This document shows positions 50,741-60,594 of a DNA stretch of 64,000 nucleotides, piece after piece (position 1 is the first letter of the stretch; every line of letters starts with the position of its first letter). Made by a program: the position numbers and the translations under genes. A model generated the notes under the pieces. That model searched no databases. It had not been told where the DNA came from and saw nothing but the letters and a program-made list of their open reading frames with translations. Where the stretch lies: the NCBI GenBank assembly GCA_963735595.1, contig CAVTLK010000002.1:795420-859419 (forward strand), written 5' to 3'. The stretch comes from an uncultured delta proteobacterium (GTDB taxonomy: Bacteria; Desulfobacterota; Zymogenia; Zymogenales; Zymogenaceae).

Positions 50741-51547
50741 CTATTTCTTGCCGGCCGCGCTCGCGATGAAGTTCTTGACCATCTCGAAAAACGTCCCCGA
50801 AAAGACCATGATCGTCTGGTTGCGGTTCTCGAAATTCATGGCGACTTCCAGGCTCGGCGCGTCGATGTTCTGATCAAGGGCGCGTTTGGTAAACTTGAGG
50901 GCCGCCCCCGATTTTGCGAGCATCGGCCGCGCGATTTCGACGGCCGTCTCCAGCAGGCGATCGGCAGGCACGACCCGGTTTACCAGGCCGATCTTTTCGG
51001 CCTCTTCGGCCCGGACCTTTCGTCCGGTATAGAGGATATCGGCCGCGGCCGAAAGGCCGATCAGGCGGGGCAGCAGGTAGGATGAGCCCAGCTCTCCGCC
51101 CGAAAGCCCGATATTGACAAAGGAGGCGACGAACAGCGCCTCGGGAGCGGCGACCCTGACGTCTGCCGCCAGGGCGATACAGAAGCCGCCGCCGGCCGCC
51201 GGACCGTTGACGGCCGCGATCACCGGCTGCGGAATTTTCCTCAGCCCCAGGATTATGGCGCCGTACCGCTCCTGCACGAGCTTGATGAAGCGCTCGGGGT
51301 CCTTGAAGTGGTCGGACTTTTCATGGGTGACGGCAGCCATGAGGTCGGCGCCGGCGCAAAATCCGCGGCCGGCCCCGGTGATGATGACGACCTTGACCGA
51401 TTCGTCGTCCGCGAGGAGGCTGAAGAGGTCCTGGAACTCGGTCAGCATGACCGGGTCGATCGCGTTGAGCGATTCGGGCCGGTTCAGGGTGACGACCATA
51501 AGCCCCGGCTCGGGCCGGGTCAGGAGCATCGACTTTAATTCTTTCAT
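50741..51547 (-). CDS. Enoyl-CoA hydratase/isomerase family protein
   Basis: LNRPESLNAI, GFCAGADL, PVIAAVNGPAAGGG. Confidence 0.9.
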   Translation of the reverse strand: MKELKSMLLTRPEPGLMVVTLNRPESLNAIDPVMLTEFQDLFSLLADDESVKVVIITGAGRGFCAGADLMAAVTHEKSDHFKDPERFIKLVQERYGAIILGLRKIPQPVIAAVNGPAAGGGFCIALAADVRVAAPEALFVASFVNIGLSGGELGSSYLLPRLIGLSAAADILYTGRKVRAEEAEKIGLVNRVVPADRLLETAVEIARPMLAKSGAALKFTKRALDQNIDAPSLEVAMNFENRNQTIMVFSGTFFEMVKNFIASAAGKK

Positions 51548-51549
51548 AT

Positions 51550-52656
51550 CTATTGAACTTCCCTGAGTGTGTATGCGCGTGAGCCCAGCCCGAGCTTCTC
51601 GGCGTGGGCCAGTTGAACCGACCAGTCGATCTGGGGATAGACGCCGCGGAACTTGTCGCCACCGGGCGCCAGCCCCTCCTTGACGGCCGTGCCCTCGATA
51701 CCCGGCGCGGCGTTCACGAGATCCACCGACGCCTGGTCCAGGGCCACCGGATCGGCCGATACCGTAATCCCGATGTCGGGGACGATCGCGGGGTTCGAGA
51801 ACCCGTAGCAGTCGCACTGGGGGGTGACGGCGGTGATCACGTTGAAGAAAAGAGAGGTCTTCTCTTTCCCGGCCAGCGCCCCGAGGCAGTATTCGGCCAT
51901 TTTCTTTTGAAACGACTGGGCCGATTCGTTCCAGACGATCTGGATGGACCCGGTGGGGCAGGTGAGGATGCACTGGCCGCACCCGATGCAGGTCTCGGGG
52001 TTTATCGACGCGGTCTCGTTGACGGCAATAGCGTCGGCGGCGCACGTCAGCGTGCAGTCGCCGCAGCCGGTACAGGACTTCGTCCGAACCTTCGGCGAGA
52101 CGCTGGAGTGCTGGGCGAGCTTTCCCTGCCTTCCGGCGCACCCCATTCCGAGGTTTTTGAGAGTACCGCCGAATCCCGACAGCTCGTGCCCCTTGAAGTG
52201 GGAGACGAGGATCAAGCCGTCGGCCTTGACGATATCGGCGCCGATGTGGGCGTGGTCAAAGATCTCGCCTTTGATGGGGACGGAGACGGCGCTGTCGCCC
52301 CTGAGCCCGTCGGCGATGATGACGGGCGACCCGATTGCCTCCGGCGTAAACCCGTGGTCATGGGCGGTCGCCAGGTGATGCGCCGAATGGCCCCTCGTCC
52401 CCACGTAAAGCGTGTTGCAGTCCGTGACAAAGGGGATACCGCCGGCGGCCTTGACTGCATCGACCACGGGCCGGATGAAGGGAGGCTTGACGTAGGCGGT
52501 GTTTCCCTTCTCCCCGAAATGTACCTTGACGGCCACGAGCGCCCGCTTGGCTACCCTGGTCTCTATCCCGGCGGACGCGAGAAGCCGCCCAAACCTGGCC
52601 AGGGAGTCCTGCTCGGAGAGCCCCGCGATACCCGCGAACCAGACGGTCTCGGACAT
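51550..52656 (-). CDS. DUF362 family Fe-S protein
   Basis: KVHFGEKGN, TDCNTLY, SHFKGH, KNLGMGC, two 4Fe-4S motifs, CDC, DPVALDQAS. Confidence 0.9.
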   Translation of the reverse strand: MSETVWFAGIAGLSEQDSLARFGRLLASAGIETRVAKRALVAVKVHFGEKGNTAYVKPPFIRPVVDAVKAAGGIPFVTDCNTLYVGTRGHSAHHLATAHDHGFTPEAIGSPVIIADGLRGDSAVSVPIKGEIFDHAHIGADIVKADGLILVSHFKGHELSGFGGTLKNLGMGCAGRQGKLAQHSSVSPKVRTKSCTGCGDCTLTCAADAIAVNETASINPETCIGCGQCILTCPTGSIQIVWNESAQSFQKKMAEYCLGALAGKEKTSLFFNVITAVTPQCDCYGFSNPAIVPDIGITVSADPVALDQASVDLVNAAPGIEGTAVKEGLAPGGDKFRGVYPQIDWSVQLAHAEKLGLGSRAYTLREVQ

Positions 52657-52785
52657 GGAGTATTACCTTTTTGAATAAAAAAGCATTATCGTCGATGGGC
52701 CGGCCAAAGTCAATACGCCAGTGGTCGGTTTTTGATTTATTTTAGCTGTCCGGTCTGCTATAATCAAAATAAGGAAGTGAGCGCT

Positions 52786-53226
52786 ATGATCATAGAAACC
52801 GGAAAGATCGTCGAGATTACCGCGGCGGATACAATTGTCCTGGTTTCCCGAAACTCGGCGTGCGTGGGGTGCGCGTCAAAAAACGCGTGCCATGCCTTCG
52901 GGACAAACAGCGAGGCACGGATCATCGTCAGCAACGAAATCGGCGCGAAGATCGATGACGTGGTGGAGATCGGCGTGGCCGAGGGCGGGTTGGTGGCGGC
53001 CTCGTTTATCGTCTACATCCTGCCTGTGGCCGCGCTCTTTGTCGGCGCGGGGCTGGGAACCTGGATTGCCCGCAGGAACGGGATTGACATCGGGGGTATC
53101 TCGGCCCTCATGGGGCTGTTGTTCCTGGGGGCGGGGTTCGCGGCCATCCGCCTGATGGACCCGTACCTGAAAAAGAAACATACGCTGAGGCCCCGGATCA
53201 TCCGGGTCGTGGAGGAGTGCCGGTGA
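52786..53226 (+). CDS. RseC/MucC family membrane protein
   Basis: [21 protein letters not shown], two TM helices, YILP. Confidence 0.85.
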   Translation: MIIETGKIVEITAADTIVLVSRNSACVGCASKNACHAFGTNSEARIIVSNEIGAKIDDVVEIGVAEGGLVAASFIVYILPVAALFVGAGLGTWIARRNGIDIGGISALMGLLFLGAGFAAIRLMDPYLKKKHTLRPRIIRVVEECR

Positions 53227-53687
53227 AGAAGGAGGGCGTTAAAGTAGTAACCGCAAACAAGAAGGCGCGGGCGGACTATTTCATCGAGGATACCTTCGAG
53301 GCGGGCATGTCGCTGATGGGCACCGAGGTGAAGTCGTTGCGGGAGGGGCGCGCCAACCTGAAGGACTCGTACGCCCGCGAGAAAGACGGCCGGATCGTCC
53401 TGGTGGGGGCGCATATCAGCCCGTACCCCTTCGGAAACCGTGTCAACCACGAACCGGAGCGGGAGCGGCAGCTTTTACTGCACAAACAGGAGATACGGCG
53501 GCTGCTGATAAAGACCCGGGAGCGGGGCTTTACGCTCGTGCCGCTGGCCATCTACTTCAAGAACGGTAAGGCCAAGATCGAGATAGGGCTGGGCAAGGGT
53601 AAGGCGCAGTACGACAAGCGCGAGACGATCAAGAAGCGGGAACAGGATCGCGAGATGGAACGGGCCATCCGGGGCAGGGGGAGGTAA
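53223..53687 (+). CDS. smpB: SsrA-binding protein
   Basis: [35 protein letters not shown]. Confidence 0.97.
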   Translation: MKKEGVKVVTANKKARADYFIEDTFEAGMSLMGTEVKSLREGRANLKDSYAREKDGRIVLVGAHISPYPFGNRVNHEPERERQLLLHKQEIRRLLIKTRERGFTLVPLAIYFKNGKAKIEIGLGKGKAQYDKRETIKKREQDREMERAIRGRGR

Positions 53688-53832
53688 TCGGAATACATTA
53701 AGCCTTTTTTCGGCGGTCCCGGCAGCGGAGCCGTTGTTTAAAAGCCCGATCGGGCTTGATATTTTTGCCGGATGTGCTATAGTACCTATACAGAAGCAAT
53801 CTCAGCGATATAGTCAATCATCACACACAAAG

Positions 53833-54188
53833 GGGGGCGATCTGGGTTCGACGGGGATATTTGATCTCGGTGCTGCATGCCGGGGAGCTTACCTACCCGT
53901 TAATCATGGTGGGAATAAACACAAGCGCAGACAATTACGACTACGCTCTGGCCGCTTAAGTCAGGCCAGCGTCCGTTCAATTTCGCTCCTGCCGGGGTTG
54001 AAACGGGCGTGACCAATGCGGGATAAGCCGATCACAACTCCCGGAGTGATCGGACGAAAATAAACGGGATCCCCTTATAGAGACCCCGCCGTTAGGGGCT
54101 CGTGGGGCGGTACAATATAACGGCTGAGCATGGAGATGTATCGGGTGAAGATCTTCGGACGCGGGTTCGATTCCCGCCGCCTCCACCA
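53833..54188 (+). ncRNA. ssrA: tmRNA; tag reading frame ADNYDYALAA* at 53927-53959
   Basis: 5' GGGGGCG..GGTTCGAC; 3' GCGGGTTCGATTCCCGCCGCCTCCACCA; follows smpB. Confidence 0.97.
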
Positions 54189-54294
54189 AAAACATTCCCG
54201 TCCTTTATTTAGCCCGGACTATACCGGGAGAGAAGGGAAGGGTTTGGTTATTCCTGTATGGGTGACTTAATACCCTATCCATTCGAACGTGTCT

Positions 54295-54729
54295 ATGAAT
54301 GACCTTGCTAAACTAATCATGTCCGCTCTGACACTCCTTGGCATTGGAGGTATTGCAGGAGGTTACATAACCTATCTGCTTGATAAAAAGAAAGAGCGTG
54401 AATTCAAGGTATTAGAGCAGAAGGAGAAAAGGTATAAATCCTGCCTCCTATATATGGACGCTTTTTTCGAGCCGAAGAATATTAAGTACCTTTCTAGCCG
54501 ACAACCAGATATAAGTAGTGCTCAGGATATTATCGAGTATCTGAAAATGGAATTCCATGAAATGATACTCTATGCTTCAAAGGACGTGATATTTTCTGTT
54601 AAGAACTTCATCGAGAACCCCACCTATAAAAACTTCCTGGAGACAATTATTACGATGCGGAAGGATTTGTCGACGAAAAACAATGACTTGGATTTGGAAA
54701 AAATAAGGATTGAACTGAAGATAAAATAA
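54295..54729 (+). CDS. AT-rich hypothetical protein with an N-terminal TM helix
   Basis: LIMSALTLLGIGGIAGGYITYLL then a charged helical domain; directly after ssrA. Confidence 0.65.
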   Translation: MNDLAKLIMSALTLLGIGGIAGGYITYLLDKKKEREFKVLEQKEKRYKSCLLYMDAFFEPKNIKYLSSRQPDISSAQDIIEYLKMEFHEMILYASKDVIFSVKNFIENPTYKNFLETIITMRKDLSTKNNDLDLEKIRIELKIK

Positions 54730-54815
54730 CAATTGTTTTCTATGTTCATGAATTACGTGGATATTACTAAGACCACCGAAACTTCCGGCATTTCCCCCAA
54801 CTCGAAAAAAAGGCA

Positions 54816-54960
54816 TGTCATCGCGAGGGCCCGAAGGGCCCGTGGCGATCTCGGACGAATTCATAGGGCTCGAACCGTCTGTTCGGCGACTCTCTTGTTC
54901 CTGTTCTCCGATAGCGTCCGGGATTGCCACGTCGCTTCGCTCCTCGCAATGACAACCTCT
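54816..54960. repeat. Left inverted doublet of REP-like palindromes
   Basis: Forward copy 54816-54858 tgtcatcgcgagggcccgaagggcccgtggcgatctcggacga; inverted copy 54915-54960. Confidence 0.9.
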
Positions 54961-55004
54961 GAATCGACTTATACGGCGTAGAATGGATTGCTGGCTGCGT
55001 AATA

Positions 55005-55292
55005 ATGAATAAGCAATACTACGTGTACATTATGACCAACCGGACCAATAACGTCCTGTATACCGGCGTAACGAATAACCTGTTAAGAAGGGTTTATCAA
55101 CATAAGGAAAAGATAGTCGATGGGTTTACCGAGAAGTATAACGTTACTAAGCTTGTCTATTACGAGATTTCAGAAGACGTAAGGAGTGCAATCCAGAGAG
55201 AAAAGCAGATCAAGGACGGTTCACGGACTGATAAGAAGAAGCTTATTTCAGGTTTCAATCCTCAGTGGGATGATCTCTCGACGGAAATCTGA
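55005..55292 (+). CDS. Small standalone GIY-YIG nuclease family protein
   Basis: YYVYIM...LYTGVTNNLLRRVYQH, GFTEKY, LVYYE, AIQREKQIK, NPQWDDL. Confidence 0.92.
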   Translation: MNKQYYVYIMTNRTNNVLYTGVTNNLLRRVYQHKEKIVDGFTEKYNVTKLVYYEISEDVRSAIQREKQIKDGSRTDKKKLISGFNPQWDDLSTEI

Positions 55293-55360
55293 CGTACTTT
55301 CCCAATAAATACGAAAAGACATATATGCGTGGTCTATTGAAGGTCGGACATTCAATAGCG

Positions 55361-55479
55361 TGTCATTGCGAGGAGCGAAGCGACGTAGCAATCGCGGACT
55401 TTGTAATTATTTATTATCATGTTATAATGTACATCGGCATCCGAGATCGCCACGCCCCCTACGGGGGCTCGCGATGACA
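55361..55479. repeat. Right inverted doublet of REP-like palindromes
   Basis: Forward copy 55361-55399 tgtcattgcgaggagcgaagcgacgtagcaatcgcggac; inverted copy 55440-55479. Confidence 0.9.
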
Positions 55480-55572
55480 CTCCCTTGGATAGCGAACTTT
55501 CTCAACGATCTGGGTGGAGCTACGTTCCCTGATCTTCCTTTGACGCCGTCTTCATCTTGAAAGGAGTAATCC

Positions 55573-55974
55573 ATGGATGAATCCAAGATCAAAAAAGAGG
55601 TGTGGGAAACGGTTCAAACCCTCAACCGTCTCTGGACGGTCGAAGGCAGAGCTGACGAGCTGGTGAATTACTTCCACGAAAAGATGGTGGCGGTAACCCC
55701 CACCGACCGCCTGCGCCTTGAGGGGGGTGCGGCATGTGTTGCGGGGTGGAAGGGCTTTACCGATGCCGCGAAGATCCACTACTGGGAAGAGACCGACCCA
55801 CAGATCGAGGTGTTCGGAAACGGTACGTTCGCCGTAGTGACTTACTATTATGACATGGCCTTCGATATGGGCGACCTAAAGATCACGACGGGGGGGCGCG
55901 ACATGATGTCGCTGGTCAACGAGGGCGGCAAGTGGCTCGTCGTGGCTGACCAGTTTTCGCCGTATCCTGTATAA
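55573..55974 (+). CDS. NTF2-like (DUF4440-type) protein
   Basis: LVNYFHEKM, AVVTYYY, GRD, GKWLVVADQFS; AAGGAG RBS. Confidence 0.75.
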   Translation: MDESKIKKEVWETVQTLNRLWTVEGRADELVNYFHEKMVAVTPTDRLRLEGGAACVAGWKGFTDAAKIHYWEETDPQIEVFGNGTFAVVTYYYDMAFDMGDLKITTGGRDMMSLVNEGGKWLVVADQFSPYPV

Positions 55975-56104
55975 ATGTACAAGAAAGTATGGCCCACGGC
56001 AATTCTTCTGTGACGAGTATCACTGAAAACCGGATGCGTCTATTGATAGACTATGATAACTGCAATTTTATTTTAGTCCTTCATAACTGCAGAGGAGTAG
56101 CGAC

Positions 56105-56590
56105 ATGAAAAAGACGATACTGCTTCTTTGTACGCTTTGCATCCTTTTCCCGGCCGCGTCCCTCTCTCTCGCCGCGGACGACATGCCGCTGGTTCCGCTG
56201 ACGCCGCCCATCAATCCCGCGCTCATCAGCATCGCGGGGACCTGGAGCTACACCGCGTCCGGCTCCTCGGTTACCGGGATGTGCCCCCCCGGCCCCCCGG
56301 GTTCCGGCACCGTCACCATCTCCGGGGGCGCGGGCGCCTACACCGTGGTCTTCGTTTCCGGCAGGGTATGCAGCCCGGCGTCGATGTGCACCTTTACGGG
56401 GACCCTCGCGGGTAATAACCTCCTTGTCTCCAATGCCGATATCGTGGACGACGAGGGGGGATCGGCCGGCAACGCCCTGAACCTGACGGTATACAACAAC
56501 GGGTTTATCTCCGGTGACGGCAGTTCCAGCTATATCCACCCGGAGGGCTTCGAGTGCCACTGGAGCTACAGTATCACCCTCACGAAGTAG
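56105..56590 (+). CDS. Secreted hypothetical beta-rich protein
   Basis: Signal peptide, IAGTW motif, four Cys in the mature part; AGGAG RBS. Confidence 0.75.
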   Translation: MKKTILLLCTLCILFPAASLSLAADDMPLVPLTPPINPALISIAGTWSYTASGSSVTGMCPPGPPGSGTVTISGGAGAYTVVFVSGRVCSPASMCTFTGTLAGNNLLVSNADIVDDEGGSAGNALNLTVYNNGFISGDGSSSYIHPEGFECHWSYSITLTK

Positions 56591-56796
56591 CAAAACGGGC
56601 GATCCCTCGTTTGCCGGTTCCGGCTCGGGAAGGCGAATCGGTTACAATCGGTGCGCCCGAAAGGCTGCCGTATCGGCCTCACGTCTCTTTTAGGGCTCAC
56701 CGTTGTTAGCCGGTCGCGGCACGCGTAGCAGCCCTGTCTATGGTATCTCCCTGACTCTTACCGAAAACGCGAATAATAATATCGGTTGCGATAATT

Positions 56797-56812
56797 CCTA
56801 CAATATGGTAGG
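56797..56812. promoter_or_regulatory. Palindrome CCTAC-N6-GTAGG upstream of the sigma-54 activator gene
   Basis: cctacaatatggtagg; related copies at 58410 and 58441. Confidence 0.55.
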
Positions 56813-56846
56813 ATTTATCGCATAACGATATCAGTGACGGATACGC

Positions 56847-58424
56847 ATGTCCACTGAAACGAAAAAGACGACATCGACGGCGCCCGGCAGGGTCTGCGCC
56901 GGGAAATGACCGAGATCAACCTCCTGTTCGAGATCAGCCGAACCCTGGATATGAGCATCGACCTCAAGGACGTGCTCGGGCCGGTCCTCGAAAAGATGGC
57001 CCATCACATGTCGATGCTTCGGGGCACGATCACGATCCTGGACCGCAAGACCGGGGAGATATTTGTCGACGAGGCATACGGCCTGTCGGAATCCGCAAAA
57101 GGAGCGGGGCCGATACAAGATCGGGGAGGGCGTAACCGGGCATGGTGGTGAGGACCGGCAAACCGGCCGTTGTTCCACGGGTCTCCAGGGAGCCGCTTTT
57201 TCTCGACCGCACGGGAGCGCGTACCGGCCCCCAGAAACAGGACGTTTCGTTTATCTGCGTGCCGATCATGCTCGAAAACGAGGTGATCGGTACGCTGTCG
57301 GCCGACCGCCTGTTTGACGAGGCCGTTTCCTATGATGAGGATATCAGGCTGTTGTCCATCATTGCCTCCATGATCGCCCAGGCGGTGACGATCAGGCAAT
57401 CGGCCCAGGAGATCATCGAGGAGAACATACGGCTTAAGGAAGAGCTCAAGGACCGCGTACCGGCCGAAGAACATCATCGGCAACTCAAAGGCGAATGCAG
57501 GAGGTCTACCGGCACATCGCGCAGGTCGCCGGGACCAGTCCACCACCGTATTGATCCGGGGCGAGTCGGGGACCGGAAAGGAACTGGTGGCGCACGCTAT
57601 CCATGCCGAAAGCGACCGCGCGGACAGGCCTTTCATTAAGGTCAACTGCGTCGGCACTGCCGGAGGGCGTTATCGAGAGCGAGCTCTTCGGGCACGAAAA
57701 AGGCGCGTTTACCGGTGCGAATCAGACCAAAAAGGGACGTTTCGAGCTTGCCCACGAGGGCACGATATTTCTGGACGAGGTGGGCGATCTCACGCCCGCG
57801 GTCCAGATCAAGCTGCTGCGGGTAATCCAGGAGCGGGAGTTCGAGCGGGTGGGGGGAATGAATACCATTTCGACGGACGTGCGGATCATCGCCGCCACCC
57901 ACCGCGATCTCGAACGTGCTTATCGCCGGGACCGGTTCCGGGAGGATCTCTATTTCAGGCTCAATGTCTTTCCCATCCACGTGCCCCCGTTGAGGGAGCG
58001 TCCCGACGATATCCTGCTGTTGGCCGACCATTTCGTCGAGAAATACAGCACCAGTCACCATAAGCGGATACGGCGCATCTCCACTCCCGCCATCGATATG
58101 ATGATGGCATACCACTGGCCGGGTAACGTCAGGGAACTGGAGAACACCATCGAGCGGGCGGTGTTCTTGAGCGAGCGACGGTGTCATCCACGGGCGTAGC
58201 CTGCCCCCCACGCTACAGACGGCCGAGGCCTCGGGAACGCAGCCGCACGGCGGCCTCTCGACGCCGTGGACGCCTTTGAGCGGGACATGATCCTGGACGC
58301 GCTGAAATCGGCCAGGGGCAATCGGGCCGAGGCGGCCAGGATACTGGGTATCTCCGAGCGGCTCATGGGCCTGCGCGTCGGTAAACATGAGATCGATCCA
58401 AGACGATTTCGTACCAAACGGTAG
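56847..58424 (+). CDS. NifA-like GAF + sigma-54 AAA+ + HTH activator (several frameshifts)
   Basis: GAF (SFICVPI...IGTLS), [46 protein letters not shown]. Confidence 0.9.
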
Positions 58425-58456
58425 GTTGCGGTCAAATAAACCTACCATTTGGTAGC
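58410..58456. promoter_or_regulatory. Two putative activator-binding palindromes
   Basis: cgtaccaaacggtagg (58410) and cctaccatttggtagc (58441), 31 nt apart. Confidence 0.55.
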
Positions 58457-58552
58457 TATTTCTGCACTTTCTGCAGCCCATGTCCTCTATCACATCCAAT
58501 AACTCCGTGATTACAGTACGTTAGACTCTATCTTTTCCGTCCGGAAGTATTC

Positions 58553-58568
58553 TGGCAGCGTTCTTGCA
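58553..58568 (+). promoter_or_regulatory. Sigma-54 (-24/-12) promoter of amtB-glnK
   Basis: TGGCAG-CGTTC-TTGCA versus consensus TGGCAC-N5-TTGCW. Confidence 0.8.
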
Positions 58569-58709
58569 CTATATCTAACCCTAAGAAGCATGTGTCGCGG
58601 GCCCGAAGAGGAGACAACGTCTTTTCGCTAACAGGCCAATTGGAGGCGTCGTCCGTCGGCACGTCCAGGACGCCCCCATTGGATGGAAACAGAAAAGGAG
58701 GTTTATGGT

Positions 58710-59943
58710 ATGAATTCCGGGGATACAGCATGGATTCTGGTTTGTACGGCCCTCGTCTTTATCATGACGCCGGGGCTGGCTTTCTTCTACGGCGGGATGG
58801 CCAGACGCAAGAACGTCCTGTCGCTCCTTGATGCAGTGCTTTATCATCATGTGCGTCATCGGACTGCAGTGGGTTCTCTTCGGGTATTCTCTCGCCTTCG
58901 GGCCCGATACCGGCCACGGCATCATCGGGAGCCTCAAGTGGATGGGGCTTGCCGGCGTGGGTGGGGCTCCGAATCCCGACTATGCCGGGACCATCCCGCA
59001 TTATGTGTTCATGATGTTCCAGATGATGTTTGCCGTTATCACGCCCGCCCTCATCATCGGGGCGTTTGCCGAGCGAATCAAGTTCTCGTCCTTTCTGGTC
59101 TTCACAGTCCTCTGGGCGACCTTTGTCTATGATCCGTTGGCCCACTGGGTCTGGGGTGTCGGCGGATGGCTCAGGGAGCTCGGTGCGCTGGATTTCGCCG
59201 GGGGCATCGTCGTTCACTTCAGTTCCGGGACGTCGGCGCTCGTGATGGCGCTGCTTCTGGGCAAACGGGTTGGATACGACAAGCATACGTTTCGACCCCA
59301 CAATGTCCCGTTCACGGTTCTGGGGGCGGCGCTTCTCTGGTTCGGGTGGTTCGGCTTCAACGCGGGAAGCGCGCTGGCCGCCGATGGTCTGTCGGCAAAT
59401 GCATTTGTGACCACCTACGTGGCCGCTGCCGCCGCCGGCCTCACCTGGGCCCTGATCGAATGGCAGCAGCACGGCGGTGCGACGGTCCTTGGGACGGCCA
59501 CCGGTGTCGTGGCGGGACTTGTGGCAATCACCCCCGCGTGCGGGTTTGTCAATCCGATGAACGCGATATTCATCGGTATCATCGTCTCCATCTTCTGCTA
59601 TATCGCGGTAGCAAAGATTAAGCCGCTGCTCGGCTATGACGACTCTCTGGATGTCTTCGGCGTTCATGGCGTCGGCGGCCTTTGGGGAACGCTGGCTACG
59701 GGGTTGTTTGCCGAAACGGCGGTCAACGCTGCGGGAGCCGACGGCCTGTTCTTCGGCAACGTACACCAGTTCCTGGTGCAGTGCCTGTTGCTTGTTGTCG
59801 CCGGTGTCTTTGCCGTCGTGGCAACCTGGATTCTCTATAAGATTGTCGATGCAACCATGGGTATGAGGGTGGACGTCAAGTCCGAGACCATCGGCCTTGA
59901 TCTGACCCAACACAACGAATCCGCATACACCATGCTCGAATAG
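58710..59943 (+). CDS. amtB: Ammonium transporter (frameshift near 58825)
   Basis: [54 protein letters not shown]. Confidence 0.95.
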
Positions 59944-59955
59944 GAGGACGAGACG

Positions 59956-60300
59956 ATGAAATATATCATTGCCATCATTCAGCCCCACAAGCTCGACGAC
60001 GTAAAGAAGGCGCGCTCGAGGAGGTCGATGTAAACCTCATGACCGTCACGCACCGTGCTCGGCCAGGGAAGGCAGAAGGGCATCACCGAGGTCTACCGGG
60101 GCGCCAAGGAGGCGGGAGGTCTCCTCAAGAAGGTTAAGCTTGAGATCGCATGCAACGATGAATATATGGAGCCGACGATAGATGCCATCATCAAGGGGGC
60201 ACGAACCGGAGATGTCGGTGACGGGAAGATCTTCGTGATGGATCTCCAGAACGTCGTTCGCATACGGACCGGCGAGCGGGGAGGGCGTGCCATCGGATAG
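59956..60300 (+). CDS. glnK: P-II nitrogen regulator (frameshifts in the 5' half)
   Basis: [49 protein letters not shown]. Confidence 0.9.
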
Positions 60301-60594
60301 ACCGCCCACGGAAGGCATTTTTCCCGTGGAAACGGTAAGCCCCCCAGGAAACAGACGTTTTTGGGGGGTCCCAGAATGAGAAGAGGGAAAGAAGATAGGA
60401 GTGACCAAGGAAAAGAGATCGACGTTTAGGAGGTGGGAATGATGTCCTTTCTTCTCATAGGGTTGCCGCCAAAGATTTCGACGGCACGTGTTAAATAGCC
60501 CGTATCGAGCCCACTGGAGAAAAGACCTCTGTGGGCGCGATGCGTTTGATAAGAAACACAAGAAAACAGAAAAACTAAAAGGAGGAAAACAATA

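Noticed and set aside
51548..52141. N-terminal extension of the crotonase
   Set aside because: It overlaps the DUF362 gene; the domain starts at 51547.
54170..56600. Prophage or integrative element at ssrA
   Set aside because: No integrase, phage genes or att duplication seen; the short gcctccacca match near 26621 lies inside a coding gene and is probably chance.
56847..58424. Nitrogen fixation (nifA)
   Set aside because: Only the domain architecture matches; there are no nif structural genes in the window and the adjacent target is amtB-glnK.
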